From contig NC_068981.1 of the NCBI RefSeq assembly GCF_001194135.2, positions 91,229,202-91,293,201 on the forward strand: 64,000 bases of DNA, read 5' to 3'. Within the stretch, counting starts at the first letter, position 1. Every line of letters begins with the position of its first letter. Shown here in pieces: positions 1 through 11,512 of the stretch. Below the pieces are notes generated by a model. The model ran no database searches. It was given only the letters and a program-made list of their open reading frames with translations, and had not been told where the DNA came from. The translations under genes and the position numbers were made by a program. Source of the stretch: Octopus bimaculoides (taxonomy: Eukaryota).

Positions 1-462
1 ATTAAATAGATATATATGTGTGTGTGTTCGCACGCTTGTATACGTGTATGTGTGTATGTGTGAGGTGAAGTTTAGACTTTTTGCTTACATTGAGTGGGTG
101 TTTCATTTATTATTTGTTCTCCTGCTTTTAGTGGAGATATATAGTTTTTGCATATATTTTTGAAGAAATATTTGATAAAACGTAGCATTTATACCGTCTT
201 TTTCACAGGATTACATTACATAGCATGTTTTTTTTTTTTAGAAGATGAAATTTGATTTGAGGTAGTTTCACTTAAAAACCTCTAGTTTGAACGTTCACTT
301 AATATATGTCTTGATGCGATATGTAATGAGGCTTAAAAGTTAAAACGAAACGCCTCCTTAAAACAATTAAATCTAGTCAGAAACGTCATCCATATCTTAG
401 GATCCGTACTATATGTAGCTGCTTGTTTTATTGTCACCTGCTTCACTTTAAATTTAAAAGGA

Positions 463-711
463 ATTGTTATCCCTATGTTTTCTTTAAAATATACATTATT
501 GTTATCCCTGTGTTTTCTTTAAAATATATATTATTGTTATCCCTGTGTTTTCTTTAAAATATACATTATTGTTATCCCTGTGTTTTCTTTAAAATATACA
601 TTATTGTTATCCCTGTGTTTTCTTTAAAAATATACATTATTGTTATCCCTGTGTTTTCTGTAAAATATACATTATTGTTATCCCTGTGTTTTCTTTAAAA
701 TATACATTATT
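463..711. repeat. 35-bp tandem repeat, about 7 copies
   Basis: Unit ATTGTTATCCCTGTGTTTTCTTTAAAATATACATT recurs at 463, 498, 533, 568, 603, 639 and 674 with few substitutions. Confidence 0.95.
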
Positions 712-1699
712 TAGTTATGTATTTAATTATGTAAAGTATTTTAGATGAATTAAATGCTTCTATGCTTTAACATGTATTATGTTTGGTAACGCTTATCCAG
801 GATAGATCCATATTAAGTTACAATAGTCAATACATCATCTTTAAGAAGTTGGTTTCATGATTTTGTGGATTTGACAACTCAGCGAAACACATAAGGCCAG
901 TCCTCTCTTAGATTACTTTTGGTAAACCAAATCTGTGTGAACAAATTTAGAACAAAAGAAGTCAGATAACATAATTAACCTATCTGGAACCATAATGAAC
1001 CTATCCTCAGGTTTAAAGCCTCCAACTGGCCCTTGGTTTCCTTTAGCAGAGATTACTCTGATGCAAATTTCGATGAAGTAACCACTTTGATTTGAGAAAA
1101 CTTGATATCTTGATGGAATACTTCCGACTGCAGCTATCCACGATACATATTTTCTTCTTCCCTCTTTTGAACATTTTGGCAGCTCTGGAGATTGACACGT
1201 GCTGAATTTCATCTTCTAATTAATCCACAAAACGTTCAATATATATAGAAAAATTCCACGTTCATGGGCTTTTTTAGAATGGTAAACATTGATACAACCA
1301 ATGGAAGTCTCCTACAAAATATATCAATTACTGAATACATAAGTAGGGAAAGTGTCTTTAAACACTGACTGCAATGTCGGAGGAACGGGTCATGAGTTAG
1401 TAGATCTGAAATTTTATTTTTCTTACTTCCTAGTTATAAGACTTATTCTATCTACAAAGAAACTGTAGAATATCACTCAATAGTGTTGTCACATAAATGG
1501 CGGCGAATTTGGAAATAAAGTAACAGACTAAATGTCAAATATTATTGTTTCAATATTTCCTTTCATACGAGGTTTTTATTTACACAACAGTGTGCGTTAG
1601 ATATTTCAGGACAGATTTATGTTTATAAAAAAAATCGGATATATAATAACAGATAATAACTTTATTTATCAAAAAATGCTGAGGATAAAAATAAACCTT

Positions 1700-2700
1700 T
1701 TCTATAATGGTATTCAATAAAGCCAACTTCAGCTTCAACAACTGCTTCTATATGAGATTTAAATTATCTACACTATCGAATCAAGTGGTCCTGGTTCATT
1801 TTCGACATTACTCTGACAATAGCAGCTTTCAAAGAATCTTTGGTGTTATGGGCGTGGTGTTCATTGACCTCTCTCTCAACAGCTCTCTACATGTCCAATG
1901 AAATGAGATCTGGAGAACTAGGAGGCCAAATGTTAGGAGTTATATGATCATGAAAATTTTCAGCCATCCAGTCCTGTGTTACTAGAGCCATGTGTGAGAG
2001 TGAAACACATATGGCCTTCCATTGCATACACTGTCTATCCAGGGATTAATAATTATTTCCAGGACCGCAATGTAGGTGGCAGAGTTAATTCTAAGGCCTT
2101 GTGGAAAGAAGGAAGGTGGTATCACATGTCCTTCGTTGCTGACAATCCGTAAAACCATGACAGTTGCAAGAAATATTTTATGCATAACACTTGGAACTTC
2201 AGAAGGGTCTGCACATAACTATCTGTCAGTTTTTCTGTTAACTTTTTGATCTTGGTCAATTTTTCACATTTGAGAAAAAACAAATCACATCTTTTCTGCT
2301 GAACTTTTCAGTTTGTTTAAGAGCATTTTAGATCTGATGTAGTGATTTTCTTTTGCTTTTCCTGACTTTTTGACCGTTCTTCATCATATAAGACATATCT
2401 GATGTCTTCGTGGACAACATTTCTGATTGTTCCTTGTGACACATGGAGATCTTTTGTAATTGATCCCATGGACTTTCAATGGTCTGTTGAACTTACTGGA
2501 TAAATTCAAGTGTTCTGATGATTTCATAGCATTTAGAATACTTTTTATGCTTTGATATTGGTGATACGTTTCCGTAGATAACAGGTCTGACAACTTTTAA
2601 GAATCGAGATATTTCTAAATCGTTATACTCAGCATTTATAATCACAATAAAAGCATGCCTCTTCATTTCTTGAGTAAGCTGGGGGTCTACTATTATTATC
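1700..2700 (-). pseudogene. Decayed Tc1/mariner transposase of the maT (DD37D, Bmmar1-like) type
   Basis: Minus-strand pieces: LTQEMKRHAFIV (N-term), KDLHVSQGTIRNVVHEDIRY (HTH), TVMVLRIVSNEGHVIPPSFFPQGLRIN...PWIDSVCNGRPYVF, VTQDWMAENFHDHITPNIWPPSSPDLISLD, FKSHIEAVVEAEVGFIE (C-term). Stops and frameshifts; the second catalytic D is deleted. TIRs not resolved. Confidence 0.9.
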
Positions 2701-3489
2701 TACTATTATTATTACGAAGGTAATAATAATTATATAGTAGCGCCTATCAATTGCCGATACGGCTCTATAACATACAACTACACAAATCTTCTTCACTTTT
2801 TATTCGATAACAACATGTTTCTTGTTGTATATAAAAGAAATCAACAGGCATCATTTTAGCAGAAATATTGAACGTAGTTAACAGTAAACAGGATGGCAGA
2901 CACTTATGAATGAAACAATAATATGAGGATTTACTCCTTTCACATGTTAATCAATTGCTATATTTCAGATAGACCTAAACAATGATAAAGATTATAATGA
3001 TAAAGACCACCGATGACACGGTGTCGCTATGTGGTATTAGAATTTGCAAATATTTATAGAAATCACATTAACGCCATTCATTACCGCTTCTCTTGACAAT
3101 GTGTGTTGCTGATTGCTGTATAATATGCATAAAATTGGAAGATCATACTTGGTAATTGAATTACAGATTAACATCGAAAAGCGAGTTACATCTAACCTGA
3201 AAGTTCGAAAGTTCAATACTGACGACGATAGCAACCCATGACATTAAACATACCATACCTGTTATAGTTTCATTAGCTAAGATAAAAGTTTGCCTCCCAA
3301 CTCTGTCACTCACTCTCTCTCTCTTTCTTCCTCTCTCTTAAACACATACACATTTTATCAAATTTTTCTTACAAATATTTTCAGTTTCTGTTAATCGAAT
3401 CCTAAAATAATTATCGGAGCCCTTCAATTGACTTTGCCTATCATCTCGTTACTGAGTTCTTCATTGATAGAACAAATACTGTCATCTGG

Positions 3490-3720
3490 TCTTTGAAGCT
3501 TGCTACTCTCATTTTGTTTGTGTTTCATCCTCCGATACTGTATCATTCAGGCTCAGCTCTCTTTAACAACACGCCAAGACATGTAGGAGAACAAAAAGAT
3601 CTTATAAAATCCAAACAGTTTCTGGGAGAATATCTCCAACAAAGATATAACATTGCAAGCATTAACTCTTTACTCGAACGGCCTATCAAGTTAGACATGG
3701 CCTGACTAACATCATTGCAA
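3490..3720 (+). mobile_element. Degenerate 3' end of a CR1/L2-group LINE ORF2
   Basis: SGSALFNNTPRHVGEQKDLIKSKQFLGEYLQQ resembles the C-terminus of the LINE at 8700-9000 (TGPALFNNVPKQIKEEKDPIIFKRNVDKF). Confidence 0.5.
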
Positions 3721-3757
3721 CACCGCGTGGAAATTTTTCTTAGTATTCTAAGTAATC

Positions 3758-3836
3758 TATATACATACATACATACATACATATATGCATGCATACATAC
3801 ATACATGCATACATATATACATACATATATACATAC

Positions 3837-3904
<68 letters not shown>

Positions 3905-3923
3905 GAGTTGTGTGTGCGTGTGT

Positions 3924-3960
<37 letters not shown>

Positions 3961-4015
3961 TATGTGTGATTGTGTGTGTGTCTGTGTTTCTGTATGCTGT
4001 ATATATATATATATT
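3758..4015. repeat. Compound microsatellite (TACA)n/(TA)n/(TG)n
   Basis: Read directly from the sequence. Confidence 0.95.
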
Positions 4016-4077
4016 TTTTAATTCTTTGAAAAAATTCAATCATTTCACTGCAAGCAAGGGTTTTATTTGAAGAAATG

Positions 4078-4364
4078 GACCCCGGATTTATTCTTTCTAT
4101 CGTTCTCTTTGCCGAACCGCTAACTTTCGGTTACAAAAACACACCAGCATCGGTTTTCAAGCGATGGTGGTGGGGTCAAACTCATACAGACACACGCACA
4201 TAAAAAAAAATATATACATATGTATATACGACCTCTTCTTTCAGTTTCTGTCTATCAAATACACTCACAAGACTTTAGTCGGCTCGAGGTGCCATGCAGT
4301 GGGACTGAACCTGGAACCATGTGGTTGGGAAGCAAGCTTCTTGCCACACATCCACGCCTACACC
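4078..4364 (-). mobile_element. tRNA-derived SINE, family A, 3'-truncated copy
   Basis: Aligns with the full copy at 56043-56430; minus-strand head has an A-box-like TGGATGTGTGG and a B-box-like GGTTCAGTCCC. Confidence 0.9.
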
Positions 4365-4689
4365 TAATATATATGTGTGTGTGTATGTATGCATGTATAT
4401 ATCCATGTATCTCTATCCCTCTATCGATGCGTCTGTGCGTATATATGTGTGTGCAGCAGTATGTACAGGAAGCTGAAAAAAAAATTGTTACGCTGATTTT
4501 CACATTTTCGAACTTCAGAAAAAAGTTGCAAATGAAATATTAGGAAAATAATGATGACTGTGCATATCTATTTAATTAAATACTAGAAGATGATTGAAAG
4601 AAGCCTACCAAGAATCTTCGAATTAAATGATCTAGTTAGGTAAGTTGTATGGTTGTATAAATAAACATTTCAACGGTTATTACCAAACA

Positions 4690-4940
4690 CACTGGAAGAG
4701 ACAATTATAGGATAAGAAGAGACGTGAAGAAAAGAAGATTGAAAGTGAAAAATAATATGGGAAATAAAGAAATGAGAAGAATGCGTAGAAATAAGGAAGA
4801 AAAAAGAAGAAAGAGAAGAAAAAGAAGAAAATAAAGAAGAAGTAGGAGGAGAAAAAGAAGAAGAAGAAGAAGAAGAAGAAGAAGAAGAAGAAGAAGAAGA
4901 AGAAGAAGAAGAAGAAAAAGAAGAAGAAATAAAAGAAAGA
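4690..4940. repeat. Purine-rich tract with a (GAA)n core near 4855-4925
   Basis: Read directly; explains the poly-S and poly-L ORFs. Confidence 0.9.
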
Positions 4941-5579
4941 CGACTAAGAAATGAAAACTCACAAAGAGTACAATTTAAAATGAAAAATGTAAGAAAACAA
5001 AAATAATACACCGTATATACTCAACTATAAAACGCCCTCGCCTATAAAGCGCACCCTGATTTACAAGGTTCAAATAGGGAATTTTATCATTGACCCAAGT
5101 ATAATTCGCAGCGATTGTTTTGATGTTGGAAAGCAACGTTCGATTAGGAATCGCTCCGACATAGTTGATGTTCAGTAACCGAGTTTTCAGTAAGCTGAAG
5201 ATGACTTACAACGACTGTTATCCCATTAAGTTGATGCCTTTTAGAAAACGTTGTTTATAATGTAAAATGTTATCATTGACAACGCTAGTTGACTTGTTTA
5301 TCGTATTGAGAGTTAATTGCCTCGATACTTCTCCCTTTACTTTTTGATTTATTTTTTCATTATCAAGACACTTTTGCAGCAACTGACTCACAAATCCATG
5401 CAGTCATACGTGATGTGATCCGAAAAAAATACAATACACTGTTTAAAATTGTAAGGAAGTGCATGAAACATTATAACAAAAATTGGCCAAATAAATGGAG
5501 GAAGAATTGAGTTATACTAATCATCACTTTCATCGTCACTTTCACCAAATAACTGGTAAAATTCTTCGGTTGGGATGGT

Positions 5580-6832
5580 CTAGTCGTATACACCCTGATC
5601 CTCGTCTTCACTAATCTGATCTTCATTAACTGATGAAACATTGGGACTAACATTTCTTGCACAGACAAAGTCATTATATTGCTTGTCGTCTTCCGTCACA
5701 TGCATGGAATTTGAGATCCTGCACATCAAAAATGATTTCATTACTAGTTCACTCGGTATTTCAGCCCATAAATATACCACACACTGGCAAACTGTTTTAA
5801 GGTCAGGAAGTTTAAAGTTCCCAGCCTTTATCATTGCATTGTCTCCATTAATCATTCCTTCATTCCACTTCGCACGCATGTTCACCCTAAAAGGCTTATT
5901 TATTGATACGTCGAGTGGTCGAAGCACATTTGTACATCCACTTGGAATCACATCATAGTCGGTACAACACTCCTTTAATCTATTTTTTACGCCGTCAATC
6001 AGATGAGCCCTGAATATATCCCAAGCAAGAAACGACTTTGAAGTAAGCGTAGCTCCTGGGCGCTTGAACCACACGTCGTTTAACCAGTTCGTCAATACGG
6101 TTTCATCTACCCATCCTTTCTTCTGAACATATACCACTATGCAACTTCGGAAAGTCCAATTTCTGGAAAGTCTTCCATTTGAAAACAACAGCCGGGGTAA
6201 GTTTCGTACCGTCAGTCATACAAATCAAAATTGCGGTGAAGTAGGCCTCGTTGCTTCCCGTAGTTTTTACCGAAACTGTATTTTCCCCTTTAACGTCGAC
6301 TGTCCGAGTTCCAACCATATCGACAAAAAGAGATGTCTCGTCCATATTACCGATTGCTTCCAAGGCAAACTCGTGGCTCTTTCATAGATCCATTACAAAC
6401 TGATGGAAGGAATCAACTTTGCTCTCTATGTCGGCGGATAATTGCTGTGCGATAAGAGTCCTCTGTCTTAACGTAAGATTGTATCGTTTCCTAAACCTCA
6501 TACACTAGCCAGGGGATGCTTTAAAGTCGGATATACCATGTTCTTTAATCACTTGGAGAGCCCGCATTCTAATGATGTTTCTCGTGACAAGTCCATTCGT
6601 GCGTAGTTCAGTCACCCAGTCTCTCAAAATAGTCTCCATTTCCTCATTGGGACTTATTCCTATCCTAATTTTCTTTAATGGTTTGATGTCAACGGATTTC
6701 ATTTTCATCTCTTTTAAACGCCAGTCCCTGACCATTTTTTCTGAGACCCCAAATTCTTTTTCTGCAGCTCAATTCGAATGGGGCTTCGCGAATTCAATAA
6801 CCTTCAGTTTGAAAGTGATATGATACGAATTA

Positions 6833-6913
<81 letters not shown>

Positions 6914-6934
6914 TCTCTCTCTATCTCTCTTCAT
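5580..6934 (-). pseudogene. Pogo-like transposase: Brinker-type DBD, CENP-B/Tc5 HTH and DDE_1 domain; disrupted
   Basis: SYHITFKLKVIEFAK..AAEKEFGVSEKMVRDW; LRDWVTELRTNG...DFKASPG*CMRFRKRY; GNMDETSL; GWVDETV; AWDIFRAH; GCTNVLRPLDVSINKPF. In-frame stops and at least two frameshifts. Confidence 0.9.
6833..6930. repeat. (CT)n/(GA)n microsatellite inside the first codons of the pogo transposase
   Basis: About 98 bp of CT repeat between the minus-strand ATG at 6934 and the SNSY codons. Confidence 0.95.
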
Positions 6935-7349
6935 GCTAACAAATAAGATGGCGTCGAATTAAAGAAAGACAGGTATGGTACAGAACCAAACAAGCATTAA
7001 ACTCTGTTTTATAATTAATTGTTTATTTCATACTAACAGAAGTAAAGAAAATCTAAAGATCATCTTCCGTGTACTTCTCGGCTTCGGAATTTTAGATTCG
7101 TGTTTTTTGCAGTGATTCCAAGTGTCGGAAATTCAGGCGTGGCTTGTACCTAGAAAAGATATGATGATTTTTTATAGGATGCGCTTATAAGTCGCACCCT
7201 TTACTTTAGGTGAAAATTTCAGATAAAAACAGTGCGACTTATAGTTGAGTATGTACGGTACACAAATAATGGAAGCAAAATGATTTCTAAGTTAAACATA
7301 AGGCGATAGCATTACTGGTCCTTCATTTTATGAGAGGATGAAATGTATA

Positions 7350-7572
7350 CTTGACCTTAGCGGGATTTCGGATTAGAAGGCAAAAAGCCACAAATATTGC
7401 AAGGCATGGTGCAGCAGCTCTAACGATTGTACGAACCCACTGGTCTTGTGTTTCAATAACTAACCGTTTCTAAATTAAGCACAAGGCCATCCGTTTTGAG
7501 GGTAGGTCGAACTCAGTACTTGACTGGTACATTTCATTATTGACTCCAGCAGCATGAATGGCAAAGCTGAGC
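7350..7572 (-). mobile_element. Two degenerate pieces of SINE family B
   Basis: Partial similarity to the family B copy at 48918-49139 (aattaagcacaaggcc, cagtacttgactggtac, atgaatggcaaag). Confidence 0.55.
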
Positions 7573-7632
7573 ACACAGTATTTGAACTAAAACGGAACGG
7601 GTCGGAAGAAATACTGCAAAGAATTTCCTACA

Positions 7633-7734
7633 ACTGGGATAAGAGCTGTTTCGGTATAAAACCTGAGTCTAAAGAATTTCTCCAGATGTTGGTCAGAGGG
7701 ACAGCAAGCTGGTGTCTACATTCCTTTAGGAGAC
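7633..7734 (-). mobile_element. 102-bp CR1/L2 RT fragment, near-copy of 9708-9809
   Basis: About 5 mismatches in 102 bp; encodes LLKECRHQLAVPLTNIWRNSLDSGFIPKQLLSQ. Confidence 0.85.
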
Positions 7735-7737
7735 GTA

Positions 7738-7867
7738 TTTCATCGACTCCGGAAGAATGAAAGGCAAAGTCGACCTCGGCGGAATTTGAACTTAGGATAT
7801 CATGACGCACAAAAGACCGCTAAGCATTTTCCTCGGCTAGCTAACAATCCTACAAGCTTACCGCCTT
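7738..7867 (-). mobile_element. SINE family B, 5' half
   Basis: Contains GGCAAAGTCGACCTCGGCGGAATTTGAACTTAG and CCGCTAAGCATTT as in other B copies; tRNA-like head at 7867. Confidence 0.85.
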
Positions 7868-7880
7868 AACTTGAAATATA

Positions 7881-8101
7881 ATATTGGTTTCTAATTTTGA
7901 CACAAGGCATGAAAATTTCGGGAGACGGGTGTAAGTCGATTACATTGACCCCAGTGCTCAACTGATACTTAATATATCGATCCCGAAATGATGAAAGGCA
8001 AAGTCGGCCTCAGCAGAATTTGAACTGAGAACATAAACACAGAGGAAATGCCGCTAATTACTTTGCCAGGTGTATTAACGATCCTGCCAGATTGCTGCCT
8101 T
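7881..8101 (-). mobile_element. SINE family B, near full length
   Basis: Collinear with 48918-49139 over the whole length. Confidence 0.9.
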
Positions 8102-8535
8102 AAAGATGGACCATAAATAATGAAGACTAAAATGAATTCGAAGAGGTATGTTGAAAACAATAGCATATATCTGCTCGTACATATATACTCATATAGTGTA
8201 CAGACTACATCTATGTGTTTATGAACAAGAAGCACATGCATGAGAAGTATAACAGCATGAAATAAGGACACATACATATATATATATAACCGCACATATA
8301 TACTCACATATAGACGCATATAAATGTGTTTGCGATATCTTCTCGTTCCTTCGTATTTCATTATGAATATGATAATAGTTTATTAAACCGTGTTAGATCC
8401 TTGTAATGATGCTAATCTCCCGGAGCCAGTAAAAGTTGGTCACTAAGACAGAGAAAAGTAGGATAAGAAAGATCTAGCTATCCGTTCCTTCTCTCCAATA
8501 TGCTGTCAGGGAGTCCTACTGTGTTACTTTCTGAC

Positions 8536-8601
<66 letters not shown>
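8536..8601. repeat. (TATC)n microsatellite
   Basis: Read directly. Confidence 0.95.
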
Positions 8602-8699
8602 CATCTGCCTGTCTGTCTGTCCGCCTACCTATCTATATATGTGTGTATACATATATATATATATATATAAATCTAAATCTAAATATATTTATATATATA

Positions 8700-9810
8700 T
8701 AAACTAAGACTTAGATAAACTTAGATATGTTTCGACCAAAGATTGTTCCAGGCTATGTCTAAATAGCAATACCTAATAGGATTATCTAAATCCCTTTTAT
8801 GTCAAGATTTGTGGTATCATGGTCCATTTAGTAGGAAGTTCTTGTTGAGTGAGTTGTATCCAGATATAAGTGGCTTATCTGGTATTCCTTGACGAAATTT
8901 GTCCACATTCCGTTTAAAGATAATGGGATCCTTTTCTTCTTTGATCTGTTTGGGGACATTGTTAAATAGGGCAGGGCCTGTTAAGGAAAAGAAATCATTG
9001 GATGAAGTTTGAAGCTAATATTGAGGTCGCATCGGCAATGCTGGTGGTATATTCTCCACATCGTGTAACTTATGTATCGCTCACGGCGGTGCTGGAGAGA
9101 ATAGAGCTTCAATGCTTTAAGGCGGTCACAATAATCGAGATCAGTCATGCCCTTAATTCTGGGGTGATTCAATTTTCGAGATGTTTTGTTTTGCATGGGG
9201 AGACCACAGGGGGCAGCAGTATTTGAGGTGTCTATATAGATTATAAAGAGGAGCATGCCCAAGACAGTCCCTCGAAGGACACCACTGGTGACTTTGCTGG
9301 GTTTGAGTGGACTTCACCGATCACATGTTGTGTTCTGTTCTCCAGGGAATACTCAATCCAGTGTTGAAGTTTTCCACGAATTCCAACACTTGACAGTTTT
9401 GACAGCAAGATATTATGATCAACTCTGTTGATCACTTTACTGAAGTCAAGGTACATGACATCAGAGTTTGAACCTGTTCCCAAGGCTTCAAGGATGTCAT
9501 CGATGTAGCATAAGAGCCGTGTTAGACTGTTCCTGTCGCAGCGAAAGCCATGCTGGTTTGAATTTAGCAGTTTGTTGCTCTCCAGGAAGCCAGCTATCCG
9601 TGATGTTACCACCCCTTCAAACACTTTAATCATATGGAAGGTGAGTGAGATTGGGCGATATTTGACTGCGCGGGATCTGTTTCTCTGATTGAAAACCGGG
9701 ATGACAGACTGGGATAAGTGCTGTTTCGGTATATAACCTGAGTCAAAAGAATTTCTCCAGATGTTGGTCAGAGGGACAGCAAGCTGGTGTCTACATTCCT
9801 TCAAGAGACT
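8700..9810 (-). mobile_element. 5'-truncated, internally deleted CR1/L2-group LINE (RT remnant plus 3' end)
   Basis: ORF 9241-9840 carries YRPISLT, NQHGFR and YLDFSKVINRVDH. After a deletion that removes the YADD region come DYCDRLKALKLYSLQHRRERY and GPALFNNVP, then a 3' UTR ending at a (TA)n tract. Confidence 0.9.
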
Positions 9811-10252
9811 AGCGGGGGGATCATGTCCACATGTGACCAAATATTTGCTACGTTTTTGGTCCCCCTGAGTTTACTGATAGGACTTGCTTTCTATATTGTG
9901 TTTATGAATAAGCTTTTTATCTCTCTATACTTTTTACTTAGATTTCTTATATATTTTTTAAATATTTTTACTGATAGGACTTTACTGATAAGATTTGCTC
10001 TCTATATTGTGTCTATGTATAAGCTTTTTATCCTTCTATATTTTTTACTTGGGTTTTTAATATTTTTTTATATATTTTTTATATTTTTTATATATTTTTT
10101 TATATTTTAAAAATATTTTTTACATAATTATAGAGTTAATGTTTTGTATTCTTCCCACAGATATTTTTTTCCTGTTTTCTCCCCTCCACCCTGTTTTTTT
10201 CCTGTGCGTCTATAGACATATACATGGAACCTTATGTGTGCGCTTCCATACT

Positions 10253-10315
10253 CCCTTACTTTTACCCCTCCCCTTACTTTTACCCCTACCCTTACTTTTA
10301 CCCCTCCCCTTACTT
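10253..10315. repeat. 18-bp tandem repeat (CCCTTACTTTTACCCCTC), about 3.5 copies
   Basis: Period 18 at 10253, 10271, 10289 and 10307; G-run rich on the minus strand. Confidence 0.85.
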
Positions 10316-10403
10316 AGCGGTCTATAGCTCTTTTGTCTTAATGACAGTCAACCACACAGTAATTTCCCTTTGTTTAATGGTAATTTTTCACAGGAATTTT
10401 CAA

Positions 10404-10477
10404 TGGCCGGATAACTGAAGAGATGTTGGCGTGGGTTCCCACCCCGGCATCCGAAACTCGGAGTCTTATCATGGCTA
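10404..10477 (+). ncRNA. Type I hammerhead ribozyme motif (GUC site)
   Basis: Stem I 10404-10414/10466-10477 (11 bp, one bulge); CTGAAGA 10415-10421; stem II gatgttgg/ccggcatc with one extra C; GAAA 10453-10456; stem III ACTC-G-GAGT; C17 at 10465. Confidence 0.7.
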
Positions 10478-10583
10478 CCGAATAAGTGTCACATATTTTT
10501 ACAGATAAATTCCACTATTTACATAATATCGAGGTCTCTTTCTTTCTTTTGTTGTCCTTCCTATCAATATATATATATATATA

Positions 10584-10793
10584 NNNNNNNNNNNNNNNNN
10601 NNNNNNNNNNNNNNNNNNNNNNNNNNNNNNNNNNNNNNNNNNNNNNNNNNNNNNNNNNNNNNNNNNNNNNNNNNNNNNNNNNNNNNNNNNNNNNNNNNNN
10701 NNNNNNNNNNNNNNNNNNNNNNNNNNNNNNNNNNNNNNNNNNNNNNNNNNNNNNNNNNNNNNNNNNNNNNNNNNNNNNNNNNNNNNNNNNNNN
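10584..10793. other. Assembly gap (N)
   Basis: N run flanked by (TA)n. Other gaps: 15237-16206, 33982-33991, 35424-35433, 38317-38393, 47629-48398, 49870-50241, 51781-51790, 52609-52676, 57587-57774, 60682-60743, 61518-61527, 62675-62684. Confidence 0.99.
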
Positions 10794-11301
10794 ATATATA
10801 TAAAACGGTGCTATTCGTGCCTGGACACAGCCTTTGCACTGAAAACCGGTTAATATAAAATACTGAAAATGCATTTATAACAGGCACCTTATTCTAGCTT
10901 AGCTATATAGTCTGTTAATAATTTATATCGTATTGACATTCTGTCTGCTTGGACAATCTATCTTGTTAGGCAAATTTCGAAATTTCTTTCCTGTGCAGAA
11001 ATTACTGCATATCTGTAACTAAATATTTTTATTAGTATAAGCTAAAATCTGTTATGAATGTTGGACATTGAAGGCATTTTCCCTTACTTGCTATGTAATA
11101 GTTTATTTGTGATTTACACACCTACCACAGAAAGATCTCTGACTGATGCCACTGAAAGATTTATTGTAAAACGAACTTTGAATCGTAGGGTAGAAGTACA
11201 CAGGTACTTTCCTATTATTTATTCTCATGATTCTAAACTCACAAACAGGAACTATACTTTTGGTTGTGGCTACTGCAATATTAAGATTTATCTAAGTAAC
11301 T

Positions 11302-11512
11302 TTGGTTTCAAATTTTGGCAAAAAGCCAGCAAATTCGGGGGTGAGGTAAGTCGATTACATAGACACCAGTGTTCAACTGGTACTTATTTAATCGACCCCG
11401 TGAAAATGAGAGGCAAACTCGACCTCGGCGGAATATGAACTCCGAACGTAAAAACTTATGAAACGCTACTACCCATTTTGTCCGTCGTGTTGACAATTCT
11501 GCCAGCTCATCC
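11302..11512 (-). mobile_element. SINE family B
   Basis: Collinear with the other B copies (gtaagtcgattacat, aactggtacttatttt, ctcgacctcggcggaat, ctgccagctc). Confidence 0.85.

Larger units (their letters stand above)
5011..7258 (-). mobile_element. Full-length pogo/Tc2-like DNA transposon (about 2.25 kb) with TIRs
   Basis: Left TIR CCGTATATACTCAACTATAA (5011-5030) matches the right TIR (7239-7258) at 19/20. TA on the right flank, CA on the left. Encloses a POGK-like transposase. Confidence 0.95.
9870..10570 (+). mobile_element. Non-coding repeat with a hammerhead motif, probably a Penelope-like pseudo-LTR; second copy inverted at 40990-41610
   Basis: About 600 bp collinear with the reverse complement of 40990-41610 (actgataggac, tgtgtctatgtataagctt, ctgtgcgtctata, aatttccctttg, ggataactgaagagatgttgg, gaggtctctttctttcttttgttg). 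The Penelope link is inferred from the hammerhead. Confidence 0.6.

Noticed and set aside
463-711. Regular 35-bp period reminiscent of a CRISPR array
   Set aside because: No unique spacers and a eukaryotic context; a plain tandem repeat.
3543-4070. YI/HT/CV-rich ORFs, here and at many similar loci
   Set aside because: Translations of (TA)n, (CA)n and (TACA)n microsatellites.
11131-11203. AG...GT-bounded open frames here (ERSLTDATERFIVKRTLNRRVEVH), at about 45089-45160 and at about 36290-36350 (minus)
   Set aside because: No homology or mutual support; such frames are expected by chance in 64 kb.
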